Origin: a bacterium
GTDB taxonomy: Bacteria > Electryoneota > Electryoneia > Electryoneales > Electryoneaceae
Assembly: GCA_963675295.2 (NCBI GenBank)
Contig: CAXXKJ010000002.1
Location: 4,288,001-4,352,000 of the forward strand
Reading direction: 5' to 3'
DNA length: 64,000 nt
Position 1 is the first letter of the stretch. Each line of letters begins with the position of its first letter. Made by a program: the position numbers and the translations under genes. Of this stretch, positions 42,004 to 52,400 are shown one piece after another. The notes under the pieces were generated by a model. The model saw only the letters and a program-made list of their open reading frames with translations, had not been told where the DNA came from and ran no database searches.

Positions 42004-43308
42004 ATGGAATCACCCATGGATGCGACTCAGGCAGCATTGATCGAGGCAACCCGGAGCATGTTGAATGCGGACCGGACGCTCGATGTTATCGAACGCATCC
42101 TCCATTCAGCCCAGTCGCTTTTAAACGCGCAGGCGGCGTCGGTGTTCCTGATCGACAACCGGAGGCGGAATCTGGAGATGGTCGCGTCGACCAATCTTCC
42201 CCGTCACGTGGTCGAAAGCATCCGATTCCCGCTTGGCGAAGGCGTAGCTGGCTGGGTCGCACAGCACAACGAGACGGTCTTGCTGGAGGATCTCACCAGT
42301 GATCCGCGATATTACGCCGGTGTCGCGAAGAAAACCGGTTTCGAGACTCGCGGGTACCTCTGTGTTCCGCTGGCTGTAAATGGAACATCGATTGGTACGG
42401 TGCAAGTGTTGAACCAGAATGTGGGACCTGCGTTCAACGCGGCCGACCAGCAACTACTCGAAAATTTCGCCGTGATCGCCGCCCTGGCGATTGAGAAGTA
42501 CCGTCTGCACAGCCTCGCGGTCGAGAAGGAACGCATCGAAGCAGAGCTGGCTGTCGGTAAAGCCTTCCAGTCAACTCTGCTGCCGTCTAAGTTCACACCA
42601 CCTGACCCCTGGCGGATTGCGGCGTTCAATGAGCCCGCTCGCTTGATGGGCGGCGACTTGTACGATGCGTTGCCGATCAACGGCAAATACATGGTCGCTC
42701 TCGGGGATGTCAGCGGCAAGGGACCGGGCGCAGCGTTCTGGATGTCCGGCTTCGCCCACGTGCTGCGGTTCATCGTCGAGCAGGACAAAGATCCCATCGA
42801 TCACATCAGGATGCTCGACGAGCATCTGCACAACACCATGCCCTCCGACAGTTTCCTCACCCTCTTTCTCGCCGTCTTTGAAGAGGGCGGCTTCCGTTAC
42901 ACCAGCGCCGGGCACAACCCGATGCTGTTGTTGCATGCGAACGGAGAGATTGAGTGGTTGGGCGCGACCGGCCTGCCATTATCGCTGCTACCCTTTTCCC
43001 CACGGGAGACGAAATGGGTCGAGATGCGTCCCGGCTCACGGTTGGTATTATTCTCGGACGGTCTCACCGAAGCGGAGAATTGCCACGGGTTGATGTATGA
43101 GGAGAAGCGGCTCGAGCGGATGGTCCGTCGCACGATGGATCTGCCGGGCGAAGAAGCGATCTACCGGCTGATCCGTTCGGTGAAACGTTTCGCCTGCGGA
43201 CAAGAACAGTCGGACGACCTGACGGTGATGACCGTAACCCACACCGGCGATCCGGAATCGGCCGCGGTCGAAATCGTGGAAACCAAATCAGAATCCATCG
43301 CGGCGTAG
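42004..43308 (+). CDS. GAF + PP2C/SpoIIE phosphatase (RsbU-like)
   Basis: GEGVAGWVA GAF; GGDLYD, GDVSGKG, SAGHNP, FSDGLTE, SDDLT. Confidence 0.92.
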   Translation: MESPMDATQAALIEATRSMLNADRTLDVIERILHSAQSLLNAQAASVFLIDNRRRNLEMVASTNLPRHVVESIRFPLGEGVAGWVAQHNETVLLEDLTSDPRYYAGVAKKTGFETRGYLCVPLAVNGTSIGTVQVLNQNVGPAFNAADQQLLENFAVIAALAIEKYRLHSLAVEKERIEAELAVGKAFQSTLLPSKFTPPDPWRIAAFNEPARLMGGDLYDALPINGKYMVALGDVSGKGPGAAFWMSGFAHVLRFIVEQDKDPIDHIRMLDEHLHNTMPSDSFLTLFLAVFEEGGFRYTSAGHNPMLLLHANGEIEWLGATGLPLSLLPFSPRETKWVEMRPGSRLVLFSDGLTEAENCHGLMYEEKRLERMVRRTMDLPGEEAIYRLIRSVKRFACGQEQSDDLTVMTVTHTGDPESAAVEIVETKSESIAA

Positions 43309-43328
43309 GTTGCGCCGCCTCGCGCAGG

Positions 43329-43895
43329 TTATACTTTCCGTTGAAACACCATCCCCGCACTGCTCATGTTCTTCAGCGGTTTCACAGGTGACAGACCAGC
43401 GTTCTCGGCTGTGCGGATCGCCTGATTGATTTGCTCCGGGGACGCGTGCCCTTTCGGCTCCAGCATCAACAGGTAGCCGCCGGGTTTCACCAGCGACGCC
43501 GCCTCGGTGACAAACGCGATCGGGTCCGGTGTTTCGTGGATCACGTGGACCGTCAGAACGAGATCCGCCTCCACATCCTCGAGCCCGATCCCATCCGGCG
43601 GACACAGGTGGGTGGTGATGCGGTCCGCGACCCCGCGTTTCCGCGCCAGCTTGCCGAGGATGTCGAACATTTCCGCCTGCATGTCAACGCTGACTACTCG
43701 CCCCTTTGGTCCCACCAACTGCGCCGCGACGACGCTGAAGATGCCTCCACCACAACCGAGATCGACAACGGTGTGCCCCGGTTGAGTGTACGGCTTCAGT
43801 AGCCGCTTCGGACTCTCCAACAGGGTACGCAACGGACTATTCAGCCATTTCGCGACGGACGGGGGGCAAACATCGTGTTTGTGTTCCTGCGGCAT
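43329..43895 (-). CDS. Class I SAM-dependent methyltransferase
   Basis: VVDLGCGGG, VKPGG motifs. Confidence 0.88.
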   Translation of the reverse strand: MPQEHKHDVCPPSVAKWLNSPLRTLLESPKRLLKPYTQPGHTVVDLGCGGGIFSVVAAQLVGPKGRVVSVDMQAEMFDILGKLARKRGVADRITTHLCPPDGIGLEDVEADLVLTVHVIHETPDPIAFVTEAASLVKPGGYLLMLEPKGHASPEQINQAIRTAENAGLSPVKPLKNMSSAGMVFQRKV

Positions 43896-44032
43896 GTCCA
43901 ACTCCAGGTAGCAGCTGTGACTTGCGGTCAATGTAACGAAATCAGGGGGAAAACTGCTGTCGCAGTAGCGGGCGGTACTTGGGTTTATCAGGGGAATTGT
44001 GCGTCAGTTCAATCCGGGCCGGAATCCCGCCC

Positions 44033-44434
44033 TCAAATCGACTTCAGCCAGGCGCGGCCTTCCTTGATCGAGTCGAACACATTCAGGATCAGCCCCTGGT
44101 CGCGGTAGAGGTTGATGAAGGACCGCATGCTGAGGTTGCCCATGATGCTGACCGGTTCGACAATCCCCCAGTACTTCCAACCAGCCTCCATCATCCGGGG
44201 AAACCAATCGGTGTTGATCCAGTCCACGTCCGCCTGCTGATACGGTTTCAGGTAACGGTTATCCGACAGCCATTTGCAGCCCTTGTGCGTGCGCATGGCC
44301 TCGTAGCCGGCATTGAATGCTTCCCGCATTTCAATCCCGCCGACATAGCCGTTGAACTGCTTGAGCAGGATCTTGTCCTCTTCCAGCCATTCGATCCTGG
44401 TGTGCTCAGATTCATGCACCAGCATGAAACCCAT
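44033..44434 (-). CDS. Hypothetical protein, STAS/SEC14-like (SpoIIAA-like)
   Basis: KWLSDNR...DWINTDWFPR...FDSIKEGRAWL pattern. Confidence 0.7.
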   Translation of the reverse strand: MGFMLVHESEHTRIEWLEEDKILLKQFNGYVGGIEMREAFNAGYEAMRTHKGCKWLSDNRYLKPYQQADVDWINTDWFPRMMEAGWKYWGIVEPVSIMGNLSMRSFINLYRDQGLILNVFDSIKEGRAWLKSI

Positions 44435-44561
44435 CTCCCTGAACGATTCCCAATGGGAGGAGTATACGCAGCGCCCGGAATCCGGACAATGAGAAGATTA
44501 CTCGTGCTGGAACTGCTGGGGACGGCTGCTTTGGATGGAAATCGCAGTATGCAAGGTGGGT

Positions 44562-44789
44562 TCAGATACGATCCGTATCGCCGGAATCCTCGTCGTCTCG
44601 GCGATCACGTTCTTCCATGACATGTTCCATTGCCGCTTGTTGTGCCTGCGCCTGATAGTTGTGCATCGTGACTTCTGCTGCGAATTTGCTCTGGTGGAAC
44701 AACAGGTGACGCCGCTTCCACCCCATCACCACCAACCACACAAACACTGGCACTGTAACCACCGCGAAAACGGTTCCAACGATATCCAT
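44562..44789 (-). CDS. Small single-TM hypothetical protein
   Basis: GGAGG RBS; N-terminal hydrophobic helix. Confidence 0.55.
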   Translation of the reverse strand: MDIVGTVFAVVTVPVFVWLVVMGWKRRHLLFHQSKFAAEVTMHNYQAQAQQAAMEHVMEERDRRDDEDSGDTDRI

Positions 44790-44838
44790 TGATCCCTCCC
44801 ATCATGGGAATATAATCCAGGATCTACAGTGCCTGCGA

Positions 44839-45951
44839 CTAATACTTTACCTGTAGCGTCAACTGGTACCAGAATTCGGTGTCACGGGAATTCGCGGCGT
44901 AGTCTTTCGCATCGTAGTCGAACAGCAGCAGGTTGTGGTTGCCGAAATCGTAGCCGACGCCGCCGTAATAGATCGAATAGTGGTCGTTGGAGATGTCGAG
45001 ATCGGGGTCGAACGCATCCATCCCGCCGATCAGCCGCCAGTGTGTAGTCGGCTTCAGCTCAACAAAGAATGAGTGGCCTTCGTAGTCCACGGCTTCCGTC
45101 GGATTGGCCGCTTCGACCCATTCGCCGTTCTGGTTGCCGAGGCCGTGAAGGTATTGTGCGGCAACGGTGAAGTACTGATGCTCGTAGGACAGCATTCCGA
45201 GCAGCGCGTTCCAGTCGGGAATGTGGTTGGTGGTTGTGCCGGCGCCATTGCCCTTGCCGACGATGCCGAACCCGGACAGTTGCAAGCCGGGAAACGTATC
45301 CGGCAACGGTCGCACAGTCAGCCGCGCCTCGAACACCGTGTTTGTGTTCTCCTCGACCGCGTGGTAGCCGCCCCCGTTGTAGACGCCGAACGCCATGCTG
45401 CCATACCGGCCGGCGTACTTGCTGTTGACTGTCTTCTTGAAGTCGTCGTCGAGCTCGCCGCCGAGGTAGGTTGCGTAGGTCACCCCGAAGTCCGCGGAGT
45501 TGATCACACCGGCCCGTTCGATGAACATCCGCTCGCGCATCCGGTAGTAGTTGACATGTTCCTCGAAATCCAGCCACGGCGCGTGCACAATCCCCACCTC
45601 GAGCGACTGCTTGTTGAAGAAGCCATAATCCGGAAAGTGGAACTTGGCATACGCGTACTTGATCCGAACTTCCATGTCGCCGCGCCCGTCCCCGTCCATA
45701 TCCTGGTTCGTGTCCAGTGTGATGCGTGCATCCATGTACGGCAGCACCGTCTTCTCCGCCGTCAGGTACGCCCGCCGCAGATAAAAACCGGCATACTCGC
45801 CATCTTCCGACTCACCGTACTGGTACGAGATGAAGAACACGCCGCCGATCGCGTGATCGTTACTCTGCACAACGGCATCGGATTGAATGGCGGGAATCAG
45901 CGTGAGCAGCAGCAAAACGGGCAACACGGTGAACAGACGGCAGCGGGCCAT
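44839..45951 (-). CDS. Outer-membrane porin-like beta-barrel (possibly phosphate-selective)
   Basis: Signal peptide, LRRAYLT / RIKYAY amphipathic strands, C-terminal LQVKY. Confidence 0.72.
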   Translation of the reverse strand: MARCRLFTVLPVLLLLTLIPAIQSDAVVQSNDHAIGGVFFISYQYGESEDGEYAGFYLRRAYLTAEKTVLPYMDARITLDTNQDMDGDGRGDMEVRIKYAYAKFHFPDYGFFNKQSLEVGIVHAPWLDFEEHVNYYRMRERMFIERAGVINSADFGVTYATYLGGELDDDFKKTVNSKYAGRYGSMAFGVYNGGGYHAVEENTNTVFEARLTVRPLPDTFPGLQLSGFGIVGKGNGAGTTTNHIPDWNALLGMLSYEHQYFTVAAQYLHGLGNQNGEWVEAANPTEAVDYEGHSFFVELKPTTHWRLIGGMDAFDPDLDISNDHYSIYYGGVGYDFGNHNLLLFDYDAKDYAANSRDTEFWYQLTLQVKY

Positions 45952-46080
45952 GAGGGGCTCCCCGGGTGGTGTGGCAAAGGGTGTTCGCTAACACTCGGAA
46001 CCCGGTCACGTCCCGGCGCAACAGGGGCGTTACAACGGTCATAGCATGAAGTTGGCCGGATTCCGAACGGCTTGATGCGT

Positions 46081-46118
46081 GTTCGCAGATGGTTACAATT
46101 GTATGAATTTTCGGTTAG
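46081..46118 (-). promoter_or_regulatory. PhoB/OmpR-type direct repeats with 11-bp period
   Basis: Minus strand CTAAC-N6-TTCAT-N6-GTAAC-N6-CGAAC upstream of the porin. Confidence 0.5.
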
Positions 46119-46266
46119 CATGGCGAACGCGCGGGAGGCGTGAAACGAGAGCCTGGCTTGATGTTTCAGCAACAACAATGACCTCTTTTCCTGTACTTCT
46201 GGACAGCGGTCGTATATGTTATATATAGATGTGAATGGTTCGTCACGGTCTACGGGGGAATGGATC

Positions 46267-47016
46267 ATGGCTCGGTTTATCTTTCCTGCACTTCTGCTAC
46301 TCGTTTTCGCGTTCGCTGGGTGCAACAATGCGCCAACCAACCCGGATGACTTTGGTTCGACCGGTTTCGAGCAGCTCGATGACAATCCGGTTACGGTCGA
46401 CACCAAGGCATACTACGTCGGCCCGTTGGACAAATACGTCGTCGTGCCGGTGCAAAGTCACACTCGTGACGCCTTCATCGCCAACAACCTGTTGAGTGCG
46501 ACACCGCATATCGATTGGATCGAGTCGATCAGTTGGCCGAACACCGAAGTCGCTGCTTATGGCAGCACCGCGATGACGGTTGAGGTAGACCGGTCCGAGT
46601 ACCGGGCAACCGGTTTGTATAGCGGTTTCCTCACACTCTGGTACGATGACCACTACATGCAGCTCGTGGAAGTGCGGATGCAGGTCGGCACGCCGGACGC
46701 TGTGCCGATTGGTGTGAACTGGAACTACATCGAAGTTCCAGCCGATCTGGACTATGCGAGAATTGGTCTGATTAATAATTCAGACGCTACCTGGTGGGAT
46801 TCCGCTGGGTACAGTATGGTTTCGACTTCGATAGATCCTTTTCTTCGAGTGTTTGGCGTGACATTCGCAACGGTGCCACCTGGTGAAACTGGTGGGTTCA
46901 ATCTTCTAATAGATAGATCAACACTGCTTCCAGGGATTCATGAATCGCAGGTCAAGATCTATTGGTACGGCGAGCTTGTCCAAACGATCATTCTTGAAGT
47001 TGAAGTCACAAATTAG
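46267..47016 (+). CDS. Lipoprotein with tandem Ig/BACON-like domains (paralog A)
   Basis: Lipobox FAGC; MQVGTPDAVPIGV shared with next gene. Confidence 0.75.
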   Translation: MARFIFPALLLLVFAFAGCNNAPTNPDDFGSTGFEQLDDNPVTVDTKAYYVGPLDKYVVVPVQSHTRDAFIANNLLSATPHIDWIESISWPNTEVAAYGSTAMTVEVDRSEYRATGLYSGFLTLWYDDHYMQLVEVRMQVGTPDAVPIGVNWNYIEVPADLDYARIGLINNSDATWWDSAGYSMVSTSIDPFLRVFGVTFATVPPGETGGFNLLIDRSTLLPGIHESQVKIYWYGELVQTIILEVEVTN

Positions 47017-47075
47017 AAAGGATTGATGTAAACCTGAACGGGACGATTTGACTTTGACGTTGATTTCTGGGGGGA

Positions 47076-47807
47076 ATGATGAACAGCCGAATTGCCGTAT
47101 TGGTAACCGTATTCGCACTGCTTATGCTTGCTGGCTGCAACGACTCACCGACGAACCCGAACGACGAGTCGCCGGACAACCCGGCGGTCAGCGTATCCAG
47201 CAATACCGCGTATGTCCCCGCGGATGCCGGCGCTGTCGAACTCATGGTCTACAATGAGTCGGACGACGTCCTCATCTGGGGCGAATTACTGGATGTATCG
47301 TCCACAGTGAACTGGATCGATCTGGTCGTCACGAACGAAGATTTCCAGCCCGGCGATAGCACGACACTGGGGATCCGTGTCGATCGTAGCGGGATCGGGC
47401 CTGGCATTTCGGATGGCGAGGTTGAACTGCGCTACAACGATGAGGTCGTCCAGACGATCGCCGTGACGATGCAAACCGGTACCCCGGACGCCGTTCCCAT
47501 CGGTGTCTACACCAACTTCCTGCGTATCCCGGCGGATGTGGACATGGTCGACATCGGCCTGATCAACAATTCGGGTGAATCGTGGGGATCGCCGACCTTG
47601 TGGCCGGCTTGGGTTACACTGCCAGACTTCCTGACGCAATCGCCGTACGCACAACAGGTCATTCTTGAACCCGGCGGTAGCGGGAACCTCGAATTGATCG
47701 TTGATCGCGATTTCATGTCACCGGGCATATATGGCGCGGTAATCGTACTGTCCTGGTATGGCAGTCCGGTACAATCGGTCAACATCGAGCTGGAAGTCGG
47801 GGAATAA
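47076..47807 (+). CDS. Lipoprotein with tandem Ig/BACON-like domains (paralog B)
   Basis: Lipobox LAGC; MQTGTPDAVPIGV, IGLINNS. Confidence 0.75.
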   Translation: MMNSRIAVLVTVFALLMLAGCNDSPTNPNDESPDNPAVSVSSNTAYVPADAGAVELMVYNESDDVLIWGELLDVSSTVNWIDLVVTNEDFQPGDSTTLGIRVDRSGIGPGISDGEVELRYNDEVVQTIAVTMQTGTPDAVPIGVYTNFLRIPADVDMVDIGLINNSGESWGSPTLWPAWVTLPDFLTQSPYAQQVILEPGGSGNLELIVDRDFMSPGIYGAVIVLSWYGSPVQSVNIELEVGE

Positions 47808-47898
47808 ACCGAACGGTGTCCCTCAAGCTGGAGGTTGAAGTCGGCGGCGAGTAGCGTGCTTCTTCCACATGGATAGTGGATCTGACCATTCCACCACC

Positions 47899-48080
47899 CA
47901 CCGCGTAGCGGTGAAGCTTGGTTAGCGTGTGGCTTCAGCCTGCAGGGACGGGACCCGGTCCACTCACCGCGTAGCGGTGGAGCCTGGTTAGCGTGTGGCT
48001 TCAGCCACACGAACTGATCGTCTTTCTTCCCCCTTCCCGCAATCAACCACCTACCCATCCCGCGCGTCCTGTAGGGACGC
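47899..48080. repeat. REP-like element cluster (CCGCGTAGCGG...TAGCGTGTGGCTTCAGCC x2, GTCCTGTAGGGAC)
   Basis: Same modules as the 96-bp array and its 3' flank. Confidence 0.82.
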
Positions 48081-48176
48081 AGCCGTGGTTGCCCGGCTGA
48101 AGCCTGATGCCTATGATAATCAGGCGAAGCTGGTTATTGCGGCTCAGCTACCGTGACGCATAGTCCTAAGACATTA

Positions 48177-48206
48177 AAACGCCACCCCCTTTCGGAGGTG
48201 GCGTTG
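48177..48206 (-). terminator. Intrinsic terminator after aprA
   Basis: AACGCCACC...GGTGGCGTT hairpin with a T-run on the minus strand. Confidence 0.78.
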
Positions 48207-48234
48207 GTGGTTCTACGGGACTTCGGATCAGCGA

Positions 48235-50127
48235 CTAGTCTTTGAAGATGTACTTGACCGGGCGCTTGATCATTTCCCACTCGCCGGTGGCCGGATCCCA
48301 CTTGGCGTTCGCGAACGCGAGCCAGTTTTCCTCGTCCATCTTCGGCGTATCGGCACGGAAGTAGTATCCCGGCCAGCGGGTTTCTTCGCGGAAGAGCATC
48401 GTGCGGACGTGCACTTCGGCCTGCCACATGCGCTGGATATTTTCCCAGACACGCATGAGTTCGTGCAGGTCTTCGGCGGCCAACAGCTTGCTGTCTTCCT
48501 TGAGCATGTCGAGCAGCTCGAGGGCGCGTTCCAGCGAGGCCTTGTTGGTCGTGAACTGGGCGCTCACGCCGCCGGCGTACTCGTCCATGATCTTCTGCAG
48601 ACGGAACATGAACATCTTCGGACGCATGTATTCCGGGTTGATGTCGTTGTCCGAGGTGGCGTTTGCCTTCTGCTCAAACAGATCCAGCGGAGCGAGCAGG
48701 GTGTTCTTCATCTCTTCGACGAGATCATCCGGGATAGCCGGAGCATCGCCCTTGTCCATCGCGTACTTCACGGCGGACTTACCGGCGATACGACCTTCCG
48801 CGTGCGAACCGGAGGAGAACTTATGCGAGCTGGCGCCAGAGGCGTCACCGGCGTGGAACAGGCCTTCGACGGTGGACATCTGCGCGTAGCCCCAGAAGTA
48901 CTCATCCTTGGTGTTGGCGTTCTGGATGTCTTCCGGACCGGAGACCCAGGCACCGGAGGCGCCGGAGTGCGAACCGATGAAGTACGGTTCGGCGGCGGCG
49001 ATTTCCGAGGACTTCTCTTCCGGCTGGACGTTGCTGGCGGCCCACAGGAGCGCCTGCGAAATCGTCATGTCGAGGAAGTCTTCCCAGGCTTCGTTCTCGA
49101 GTTCCTTCTTCTTTTTCTTGTAGCCCTTTTCGTCATCCTTGTAGGCATCGGCAATCTTCTGCATCGCTTCTTCGGTGCGCATGAAGATCGGGCCCTTACC
49201 TTCCATGATGTCGAGCATGCCGAGCCAGTTACGGAGGTTGGCCGGGATCGGCTTCACCTTACCGTACGGAGCCCAGTTTTCGAGCTCGTCACGACGTTCC
49301 ACCATGTACTCACCGCCCATGGCGTTGGTCGCGCGGGATTTGAAGAGCAGGAACCAGGCGCCGACCGGGCCATACCCGTCCTTGAAGCGGACCGGAATGA
49401 AGCGGACTTCCTGGCAGGTCTGCTCAGCGCCGGCGCGCGCGGAGAAGTACAGGGACGAACCGGTATTCCACGGCGGATACCAGGCGCGGCCGAGACCTTC
49501 ACCCGTGCTGCGGGGCTTGAAGACGTGCACAGCGCCACCCATACCGGCGAAGACGGCCTTGGCATGGAAGACGTAGAACTTGTTTTCGCGGGTGCTGAAG
49601 CCGGCGGCGCCGACGCAGCGGCCGTCGATCACGATCGGTTCAACGACGAAAACGCGTTCGTAGATGTTGTCGAGTCCGAGGGCGTTCTTGGCGGCTTCGG
49701 CAACGACGACCTTGTAGGATTCGCCGTTGATCATGACCTGCCAGCGGCCTTCGTGCACGTAGTTGCCGTCCTCATCCTTCCAGATCGGGAGTCCCCACTT
49801 CTCGAAGAGATGGACGGTGCTGTCGACGTGACGTGCAATGTTGGCAACGAGGTCTTCACGGGTGATGCCCATGAGGTCGTTGCGGACGTAGTCGACGTAG
49901 TCCTTGATGGTGTTCTTGCCACCCTTGAGGTCGACGTACTGGTTGATGGCGGAGAGGCCCATCGCGACGGCGCCGGAGCGGTCCATCGCGGCCTTGTCCA
50001 CCAAGGTGACCTTAAGGCCGTTCTTCTTGGCCCAGTAAGCCGCTTCAACCGCGGCACCACAGGCCGACATGCCGCCACCGATAATCAGGACGTCGGTTTC
50101 GACCTTGACGGTTTCGAAATTCGCCAC
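48235..50127 (-). CDS. aprA: Adenylylsulfate (APS) reductase alpha subunit
   Basis: RSGAVAMGLSAIN, WQVMINGESYK, RFKDGYGPVGAWF, SGASSHKFSSGSHAEGR, EETRWPGYY. Confidence 0.97.
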   Translation of the reverse strand: MANFETVKVETDVLIIGGGMSACGAAVEAAYWAKKNGLKVTLVDKAAMDRSGAVAMGLSAINQYVDLKGGKNTIKDYVDYVRNDLMGITREDLVANIARHVDSTVHLFEKWGLPIWKDEDGNYVHEGRWQVMINGESYKVVVAEAAKNALGLDNIYERVFVVEPIVIDGRCVGAAGFSTRENKFYVFHAKAVFAGMGGAVHVFKPRSTGEGLGRAWYPPWNTGSSLYFSARAGAEQTCQEVRFIPVRFKDGYGPVGAWFLLFKSRATNAMGGEYMVERRDELENWAPYGKVKPIPANLRNWLGMLDIMEGKGPIFMRTEEAMQKIADAYKDDEKGYKKKKKELENEAWEDFLDMTISQALLWAASNVQPEEKSSEIAAAEPYFIGSHSGASGAWVSGPEDIQNANTKDEYFWGYAQMSTVEGLFHAGDASGASSHKFSSGSHAEGRIAGKSAVKYAMDKGDAPAIPDDLVEEMKNTLLAPLDLFEQKANATSDNDINPEYMRPKMFMFRLQKIMDEYAGGVSAQFTTNKASLERALELLDMLKEDSKLLAAEDLHELMRVWENIQRMWQAEVHVRTMLFREETRWPGYYFRADTPKMDEENWLAFANAKWDPATGEWEMIKRPVKYIFKD

Positions 50128-50142
50128 GTTTGTTTCCTCCGG

Positions 50143-50583
50143 TTACTGGTTCAACTTGAAGAAGTCGGCCTGGACGGATTCCGGCTCGGTGAACAGCATC
50201 GGGCTGTTGATGTCACCATCGCCTTCCTCAAAGCCACCGTTCGGGACCGCGGTACCTTCTTCAGTGGTACGGATCGGGAACTTGAAGCGTTTGAGGTTTC
50301 CGTTACGGAACTTCACCGTCCACATGATGCTGTCGGACCCGCGCATCGGGGACACCGTCGCACCCATCGGGACAAAGTCCGCGTAGCCGCGTACTTCGAT
50401 CGCCTGCACCGGGCAGATCTTGACGCAGTTGTAGCATTCCCAGCACAGTTCCGGTTCCCGATTGTAGGCCTTCATGAGATCCTTGTTCAGGACCATGAGG
50501 TCATTCGGGCAGATGTACTGGCACGCGGTTTTGTCGAGCGCCTTGCACCCGTCGCACTTGTCGAGGATTACGTAACTTGGCAT
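50143..50583 (-). CDS. aprB: APS reductase beta subunit
   Basis: MPSYV..CDGC...CQYICPNDLM, CWECYNCVKICP, WTVKFRNG. Confidence 0.97.
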   Translation of the reverse strand: MPSYVILDKCDGCKALDKTACQYICPNDLMVLNKDLMKAYNREPELCWECYNCVKICPVQAIEVRGYADFVPMGATVSPMRGSDSIMWTVKFRNGNLKRFKFPIRTTEEGTAVPNGGFEEGDGDINSPMLFTEPESVQADFFKLNQ

Positions 50584-50680
50584 GTTGCCTTTCCTCCCAG
50601 TCTGCCTTGCCGCCTTTTGTGACGGCCCACTTGACTTCGGTTTGGTTTGTTCGGTTTGTTGAACGTGAATTCTTGCTTGT

Positions 50681-50698
50681 TTGTGAATGATAGCACAA
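50681..50698. promoter_or_regulatory. Rex-like box upstream of aprB (TTGTGAATGATAGCACAA)
   Basis: 2 mismatches to TTGTGAA-N4-TTCACAA. Confidence 0.65.
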
Positions 50699-50808
50699 AC
50701 TGGAGCTGGTAAAGCCGCCGTTCCCCCCGGCGTCTTTGACTCAACTCTCAGCGAAAATCGCAGCCGTGTCCGCCCGTTCGGACGGACACAGCTACGCAGG
50801 AATCGTGC

Positions 50809-52038
50809 TTACTGACCGAGACTCGCCCGGTGTTCCTTGACTTCAACCTTCTCCTCAAGACTGGCGTAATACTCCACGAGAATCTTGAGCACTTCCGGAC
50901 GGCTGAATTCTTTCGGAACTTCGTCCGCCTGGTCTTCGCTGAGCATTTTGCGCAGCTTCGTACCGGACAGGAAAAGACGCTCTTCCTTGCTGTGCGGGCA
51001 GGTCTTCATCGAGGCCATGCCGTTACAGGTGTAGCACCAGAAGGTCCAGTCGATCTTCAGCGGCTGGGTGATCAACGCACCATCCCACAGCGTGTCGAAG
51101 ATTTCCTGGGCGTCGAACGGGCCGTAGTAGTCGCCCACACCGGCGTGGTCGCGGCCGATGATCATGTGCGAGCAGCCGAAGTTCTGACGGAACACGGCGT
51201 GCAGCAGGGCTTCACGCGGGCCGGCATAACGCATGTCGAGCGGATACCCACCCTGGAACACGCGTTCCTTGACGAAATAATTTTCGACGAGGGTGTCGAT
51301 GCACTTGACGCGCACGTCCGCCGGGATGTCGCCGGGCTTCAGCTTGCCGACGAGCTGGTGGATGTACACACCGTCCATCACGTCCACCGCGATCTTCGCG
51401 AGGAACTCGTGGCTGCGGTGCATCGGGTTACGGAGCTGCAACGCTGCGACGTCTTTCCAGCCACGCTTGTCGAATTCGGCGCGGGATTCCCACGGACGCT
51501 GGTAGATACCGGCGAATTCCGTCGGGAACGGACCTTCGGAGAGGACCTTGATCGGGCCACCGAGGTTCACAGCCTTCTGCTCCATCACCATCTTCACACC
51601 GGGGTGCTCGAGATCGGTGGTGGTGTAGACATGCTTGCATTCGAATTCGCGGTCGATTTCATACTTCTCTTCGACCTTCATCGTGCCCATGATCTCGCCG
51701 TATTCCTCGGAATACAACGCGACTTCCTCACCGACCTCGATCGAATCGGCGAGTTCTTTGTCGGCGGACAGAGTGACCGGGATTGGCCAGAAGGTGCCAC
51801 CCATGCTCGGCATCTTCATCTCGGAGCAGACATGCTCCCAGTCTTCCTTGCCCATGAAGCCCTTCAGCGGGGTGAAACCGCCGATGCCCATCATGATCAG
51901 GTCGCCCGTCTCACGGCTGGACAGCGGGACTTTCTTCAGTCCTTCGGCCTTCTTGAGTTCCGCTTCCTTTTCCTGGCCCTCGAGCAGGAGAATGACGAGT
52001 TCGTCACTGCCATGAGGGGGCACCAATTTCGATGCCAT
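50809..52038 (-). CDS. sat: Sulfate adenylyltransferase (ATP sulfurylase)
   Basis: [38 protein letters not shown]. Confidence 0.97.
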   Translation of the reverse strand: MASKLVPPHGSDELVILLLEGQEKEAELKKAEGLKKVPLSSRETGDLIMMGIGGFTPLKGFMGKEDWEHVCSEMKMPSMGGTFWPIPVTLSADKELADSIEVGEEVALYSEEYGEIMGTMKVEEKYEIDREFECKHVYTTTDLEHPGVKMVMEQKAVNLGGPIKVLSEGPFPTEFAGIYQRPWESRAEFDKRGWKDVAALQLRNPMHRSHEFLAKIAVDVMDGVYIHQLVGKLKPGDIPADVRVKCIDTLVENYFVKERVFQGGYPLDMRYAGPREALLHAVFRQNFGCSHMIIGRDHAGVGDYYGPFDAQEIFDTLWDGALITQPLKIDWTFWCYTCNGMASMKTCPHSKEERLFLSGTKLRKMLSEDQADEVPKEFSRPEVLKILVEYYASLEEKVEVKEHRASLGQ

Positions 52039-52057
52039 GAAAACCTCCCCTTCCTCT

Positions 52058-52075
52058 ACGTGAATCCGTTCACTA
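52058..52075. promoter_or_regulatory. Rex-like box upstream of sat (ACGTGAATCCGTTCACTA); weaker one at 52177-52194
   Basis: GTGAA-N4-TTCAC core, nearly identical to the qmoA site. Confidence 0.65.
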
Positions 52076-52237
52076 AGCGAAACTTAACGCATGCTCTCGA
52101 AAACGAACAACCTGCGGGAGGACTGTTTGCCTCCCCTTATACCTAAAGATGTCAACAGTTTTTGTTCGTTCCCTGTTTGTGCGAAAATTCGCGAAGTGCC
52201 TGAAAATCTTGTGACTATGAATTACTCTAACTAAAAT

Positions 52238-52253
52238 GTTCAGCTATCCTAAC
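52238..52253. promoter_or_regulatory. Operator GTTCAG-CTAT-CCTAAC upstream of sat
   Basis: Variant of the recurrent GTTAGG-N4-CCTAAC palindrome. Confidence 0.55.
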
Positions 52254-52400
52254 AGTAAACCGGCAAGGTAGGCCGTCCGGGGGGACGGCACAACCTTTCG
52301 TACAGTGTCTTTCGTCTCTCGTCCTTTGACTCGCGAAAGATGCCGCCCTTCTCAATCAAGCATCTCAGAACCAAAGACTCTGGACTCGTGACGGTTGTTC

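Noticed and set aside
48409-50622. Long antisense ORFs (also 11771-13480, 39028-40860, 50830-52146, 54331-56088, 36867-38282)
   Set aside because: Shadow frames opposite well-supported genes, expected with high-GC codon bias
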